Shown in pieces: positions 60,234 through 64,000 of a stretch of DNA of 64,000 nucleotides (positions within the stretch are counted from its first letter, which is position 1; every line of letters begins with the position of its first letter). Origin of the DNA: Thermoplasmata archaeon (lineage in GTDB: Archaea; Thermoplasmatota; Thermoplasmata; Lutacidiplasmatales; UBA184); NCBI GenBank assembly GCA_035501555.1, contig DATJWA010000013.1:60276-124275 (forward strand), in the 5' to 3' direction. A model generated the notes under the pieces. It saw nothing but the letters and a program-made list of their open reading frames with translations. It did not search any database and was not told where the DNA came from. Made by a program: the position numbers and the translations under genes.

Positions 60234-61532
60234 TCAGTCGCGCCCGTCCGCCGGCCCGAAGATCAACCCCTCGGCGACCTTCGGCAGGAACATCGTCGAC
60301 TTGTGGGCCATGACACGCCCGCTTCCGAAGGCGCGCTCCTCGATCCCAAGCTCCGTGATGGGTGGAAGGAGCAGTGCGGTCCCGTCTTCTCCGGGGTCCT
60401 GGCGGGTGGTGAGCCGGTCGAGCGCGGTCCGGGGGGACCGAACAAAGAGGAGCTCGTGCGGGTCGATGCCGAGGCTCGCCTCCAGGAACGAGTGCAGCAA
60501 GTCGAAGTCCGAGCCGACGTCCGACACCTCGGGGGTGCCGTGAACTTCGTAGAGCGCGTCGCCGTGCGCGGCGAGAAAACCGCGCCGTCCGGTGCGGTGC
60601 ATCTCCCGAAGGCGGCGAAGGGCGGCGGCGGGAGTCGGGGTCGCCGCCAGCCGGGCGACGTGCGGAAACGCCCTCTGGGCGCTACCGAGCACCTGGTCGA
60701 ACGGCCGGACCCGGGCCGGGAGGACGCGGTGCCAGGGCAGCACCCGAAGGGCCCGGTCCTGTCCGTCGACGAGCATCACGAGGGGGGCCGAGGGGCGACC
60801 CTGGTCGTGCCGCCGGGCGGCGGCCGTGTACCGATGGTGCCCGTCAAGCACGAGCAGGCGCAGCTCCGCGACGATCGCCCGGATCTGCGTAACGGACGGG
60901 CCGTCGTCGATCTTCCACAGTCGGTGCGTCGTTCCGTCCAGGGTCGCTTCGACGACCGGGGTCCGCGCGCTCTCGAACGCGAGACGCCGCCGATTGAGGC
61001 CGAGGAGCTGCTCGAGCAGGTCGTTCAGGCCGTGGTCCGGGAGGTGGTAGCCGGCCATGATGGGCGCGAAGCTCTTTCCGGTGGCCTCCGTGAGTGCCAT
61101 TCGCTCCTCGACGCGGTCGTCGAACGTGCGTTCGTGCAGGGCGACCGTCGTATGTCCGGCCCGTTCCAGGTCGAGGGCCCCGACCAGCCCGAGGAGAAGG
61201 TACTCCGCGCGACGCTCGTCCGGTTCGATCGTCTCCAGAACGTCCGCCGGCGGAACGTACCGGATCCCGTAGACGTAGTACGAAGGGCGCGGGTCGCGGA
61301 CGTAGGCCCCGTCGTGGAGCGCCTCGTCGAGCCGCGCCGCGGCCGTCTCGAGGAACCGAGGGAGCGGAAGGTTCCGGGGGCGAGGCACGAAGCGGGCCGC
61401 GTTGGACGGATGCCGGGCGTACCGACGGACGTCCTCGTCCGAGAGCGTGTCGTACACCGGGCAGACCAGACGGCTCGCTTCCCCGGCTTCCGGGTTCGGA
61501 TGCCAAGCGCGGACCGGAGATACCTCGACCAC
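60234..61532 (-). CDS. DUF1015 family protein
   Basis: The DUF1015 core (PVYDTLSDEDV, DGHHRY, LPWHRVL) starts near the proposed GTG (complement of 61530-61532). The upstream 220 aa of the 656-aa ORF look like an antisense artefact over the FNR-like gene. A CATATAGGG TATA-like box lies ~35 nt upstream. Confidence 0.55.
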   Translation of the reverse strand: MVEVSPVRAWHPNPEAGEASRLVCPVYDTLSDEDVRRYARHPSNAARFVPRPRNLPLPRFLETAAARLDEALHDGAYVRDPRPSYYVYGIRYVPPADVLETIEPDERRAEYLLLGLVGALDLERAGHTTVALHERTFDDRVEERMALTEATGKSFAPIMAGYHLPDHGLNDLLEQLLGLNRRRLAFESARTPVVEATLDGTTHRLWKIDDGPSVTQIRAIVAELRLLVLDGHHRYTAAARRHDQGRPSAPLVMLVDGQDRALRVLPWHRVLPARVRPFDQVLGSAQRAFPHVARLAATPTPAAALRRLREMHRTGRRGFLAAHGDALYEVHGTPEVSDVGSDFDLLHSFLEASLGIDPHELLFVRSPRTALDRLTTRQDPGEDGTALLLPPITELGIEERAFGSGRVMAHKSTMFLPKVAEGLIFGPADGRD

Positions 61533-61769
61533 GTGCGCGAACCGCCCCGCGGGCGACGGGCTCGCCCTATATGGCCCACCGGGGCGGAGCCGCGGGCCGA
61601 TCCCGCGGTCGATCCGATCGGACCGGACGGTCCCGAACCCAGTCAATATGCGCCCCGTGCCCCTGCTCCGGTCGTGGAGATCCGCCCGAGCCCCCCCAAA
61701 CCTGGCCCGTCTCCCCCCCGCAGGTTCCGACTCCCCTTCGTGAGCAGCCAGCCCGAGACTCCCACCTCG

Positions 61770-62435
61770 ATGACCTTCCGTTTCTCGACGCGAGGCACGG
61801 ACTTTCACTACCGCTCCAACCAGGCGGTTCGTCTCGTCCTTCCGGGGGTCCGGGACCCCTGGGGGCCCGCCCGCTCGTTCTCTCTCTCCTCCAGCCCGAC
61901 CGAGACCGACCTGATCTCGGTCACCGCGAAGATGACCGGCTCCCCGTTCAAGGAAGCGCTCCGGACCCTGCGTCCCGGGGAGGGGTGCGACGTCATCGGC
62001 CCCCTTGGCGACCTCCTCTTCGACCCCAGCCGGGACGCGCTGTTCATTGCCGGGGGCATCGGGGTCACCCCGTTTCGAGGGATGGCCCGGTACGCGGCGG
62101 ACACCGGTGCGAGCCGCTCGAGGGTCCTGCTGTACTCCGCCCGGACCCCCGAGGAGTTCGCCTTCCGGGACGAGCTCGACGCGATCGCGCGGGGTGACCC
62201 CCACCTAGCGGTCCATTACACCGTCACCCGACCGACGGAGTCTACGCGGCCGTGGACGGGCCGGACCGGCCGCATCGACCTGCACTGGGTGCGAGAGGCC
62301 CTCTACGGGCTCACACGCCCCAAGGTCTACGTGGTGGGCCTTCCGGAGATGGCGCGCGACGTGCTGGCCTTCCTGCGAGACCCGCTCGGGGTCGTCGAGG
62401 ATGACCTCGAGTATGAGTACTTCATGGGTTACTGA
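61770..62435 (+). CDS. FNR-like FAD/NAD(P)-binding oxidoreductase
   Basis: RSFSLSS (RxYS FAD motif), GGIGVTPF (NAD(P) motif) and a C-terminal EYEYF-type tail. Confidence 0.7.
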   Translation: MTFRFSTRGTDFHYRSNQAVRLVLPGVRDPWGPARSFSLSSSPTETDLISVTAKMTGSPFKEALRTLRPGEGCDVIGPLGDLLFDPSRDALFIAGGIGVTPFRGMARYAADTGASRSRVLLYSARTPEEFAFRDELDAIARGDPHLAVHYTVTRPTESTRPWTGRTGRIDLHWVREALYGLTRPKVYVVGLPEMARDVLAFLRDPLGVVEDDLEYEYFMGY

Positions 62436-62441
62436 GAGCGG

Positions 62442-63116
62442 TTGATGACCCCCCACGAGACACTCCGTCGTGGCAGTTCGGTCCGCCATCGGTCGATGTG
62501 GAAGGCGACATACGAGGAGACACCGTACCGCGAGCTCCCCTGGTTCAGCCCCGAGCCGAGCCCCCACCTCGTCCGCGCCGTGGAGGAGGGGTTCCTCCGG
62601 CCGCGCTCTACGGTGCTGGATGTGGGGTGCGGGGCCGGCTCGAACGTCTTGTACCTTTGCCGGAGCGGTTTCCACGGTTATGGCGTGGACATCTCCCCGG
62701 GGGCGGTCCACGCCGCCCAACAGAGGGCGCGTCAGGAGGGGGTCGCTGCAGATTTTCGAGTGGGGGACGTACTCGCCCTAGACTTCCCCGACCGGAGCTT
62801 TGACGGGTTGGTCGACAACGGGTGCTTCCACACCCTCCCGACGCGTCGGCGCGGGGAGTATGCCGGCGAGATCCACCGGGTCCTCCGGCCCGGCGGCAGC
62901 TTTGTCCTCTCCTGGGTCGCGCGCGAACACACGGCCGCTCGGGGCCCACGCCACCGGCTGTCCCTGGAGGAGGTGACCCGGAACTTCGAGCGTCGCTTCC
63001 TGTTCGTCCGGACTGCCTTCCATCCGCCGGGGACGGAGCGCGGACCGGCCGTCTACGACGCGTGGCTCTCCCGGCGCGACCGCCCGCAGCCTCCACCCTG
63101 GTCCCCCCCGGGTTGA
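62442..63116 (+). CDS. Class I SAM-dependent methyltransferase
   Basis: VLDVGCGAGSN motif I and DGLVDNGCFH post-II region. 224 aa. Confidence 0.7.
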   Translation: MMTPHETLRRGSSVRHRSMWKATYEETPYRELPWFSPEPSPHLVRAVEEGFLRPRSTVLDVGCGAGSNVLYLCRSGFHGYGVDISPGAVHAAQQRARQEGVAADFRVGDVLALDFPDRSFDGLVDNGCFHTLPTRRRGEYAGEIHRVLRPGGSFVLSWVAREHTAARGPRHRLSLEEVTRNFERRFLFVRTAFHPPGTERGPAVYDAWLSRRDRPQPPPWSPPG

Positions 63117-63235
63117 CGCCGGCGCCGGGGGGTCCGCCCCCTGGCCCCCGGACGCCCCATCTTCCGGCGCAGCGGGAACGGGGCCCGACGCGCCGGGTGG
63201 AAGCTCATATACAGAGCCCTCCATGGCCGCGCCGC

Positions 63236-63338
63236 AGCGGGGTAGGGTAGTCAGGAAAGCGGTCGGCGTCGCCGGCCGTCCTGAAATCCCGACGGGCTCA
63301 TAACCCGTAGATCCATGGTTCAAATCCATGCCCCGCTA
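63236..63338 (+). tRNA. tRNA-Met (CAU), initiator-like (A1:U72), with ~27-nt non-canonical intron in the D-loop
   Basis: Acceptor AGCGGGG/CCCCGCT, anticodon stem ACGGG/CCCGT (three G:C pairs) with loop CTCATAA, T-arm CATGG-TTCAAAT-CCATG. The D-region closely matches haloarchaeal tRNAiMet (GGGT AGTCAGGA ... ATCC), except for an extra palindromic insert (GGTCGGC-GTC-GCCGGCC) around 63259..63285. Total 103 nt. Confidence 0.6.
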
Positions 63339-64000
63339 TTCTCCCCGGGTATTCAGATACAAACCTTCGCCCTCCTGATACGTGGCGGAATGGGCACCCG
63401 GAGGGAGTGGCGGAGCGACCTGCCACACTCTTGCCCACAGCCGGGTGCTGGGGCAGCATAACCTCCTGCTCTCCAACCCCAAGGTCCGCCCGGGGTGGGA
63501 GGCCCGCTCGCTCCGGTCCCGCCCCTCGGCCAACACCTACCTCCGCTAGCTCGGGTCTTTCCTCGAGCGGATGCGACCGGACGCAGACCAGGTGGTCCGG
63601 GTGGCGCAGCAGGACCCGGACCGGCTCCGCGGCCGGCCCAGCCCGCGGAGGACGTCCGGGACCTCGTAAGTCCGGGCGCTTCCCGCGATTCGGATGTGGG
63701 CGATCGGCGGGGAAGGGGTTCGCGCTCTCGCGGGCGGTCTGTGGCGCGCTGATTGCGGTCATCGGCGCGAAGCGAGCGCGCAGCTCACCCGAGCGCCGAT
63801 TCGAGGCCCGAGGGGGGCCGGGCCCTCTTGATTCTCGCGCGGGCGGCCGCGCACCGCGCGAACTTTAAGAAGGGAGCGCGCGACCGACAGAGGATCGGAG
63901 CCAGCGCGCGGGTCCAGGGCCGACCGCGTCGAGCGTTCGGTCGATCAGAGGGTCATACTGAATGACTGGGTGCACCCGTTTGGCTGCGGGGCCATGGCGC

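Noticed and set aside
61533-62204. The 5' 220 codons of the 656-aa ORF 60234..62204 as part of the DUF1015 protein
   Set aside because: The low-complexity translation is antisense to the FNR-like oxidoreductase gene. The DUF1015 conserved core begins near 61532, where a TATA-like box is appropriately placed.
63661-63680. GTAAGTCCGGGC resembling RNase P RNA CR-I (GGAAAGUCCGGGC)
   Set aside because: No matching P4 3' strand (ACAGAAnCCGGCUUA-like) before the window end and no other conserved RNase P blocks. Kept only as a low-interest pointer.

Overview
This 64 kb window is about 70% GC and looks archaeal. The archaeal markers are Nop5, NAC-alpha, Dph2, a PAC2 proteasome chaperone, class I HMG-CoA reductase, several HTH_10 (Bat-like) regulators, and an initiator-type tRNA-Met with an A1:U72 base pair. 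A gyrB gene points to a gyrase-bearing euryarchaeal-type lineage.

The first 37.6 kb is mostly housekeeping: aminotransferases, MetRS, GyrB, HMGR, PdxT, GrpE, Nop5, NAC and Dph2. It also holds a surface-glycosylation cluster with a UDP-sulfoquinovose synthase (SQD1/Agl3-like) next to a UGPase (Agl4-like) and two GT4 glycosyltransferases.

Directly after a tRNA-Thr gene (37609..37681) the composition drops to roughly 60-62% GC for about 13 kb, ending near 50.7 kb. This accessory-like segment carries:
- an AlkZ/HTH_42-like protein
- three unknown Cys-containing membrane proteins
- a class III nucleotidyl cyclase fused to TolB_N-like and TPR domains
- a degenerate RecA/KaiC-like protein
- an ArsB/NhaD-type permease
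- a DinB-like protein, a PH-like protein and an HTH_10 regulator

After about 50.8 kb there is an ABC transporter with a giant FtsX-type permease, then a cluster of methyltransferases, a dual-specificity phosphatase, a DUF1015 protein and an FNR-like oxidoreductase.

Three tRNAs are present. tRNA-Met (63236..63338) appears to carry a roughly 27-nt intron at a non-canonical D-loop position. I found no CRISPR array, integrase or transposase.

All assignments rest on motif recognition by eye. Start codons are approximate in this GC-rich DNA, and many long antisense ORFs are composition artefacts.
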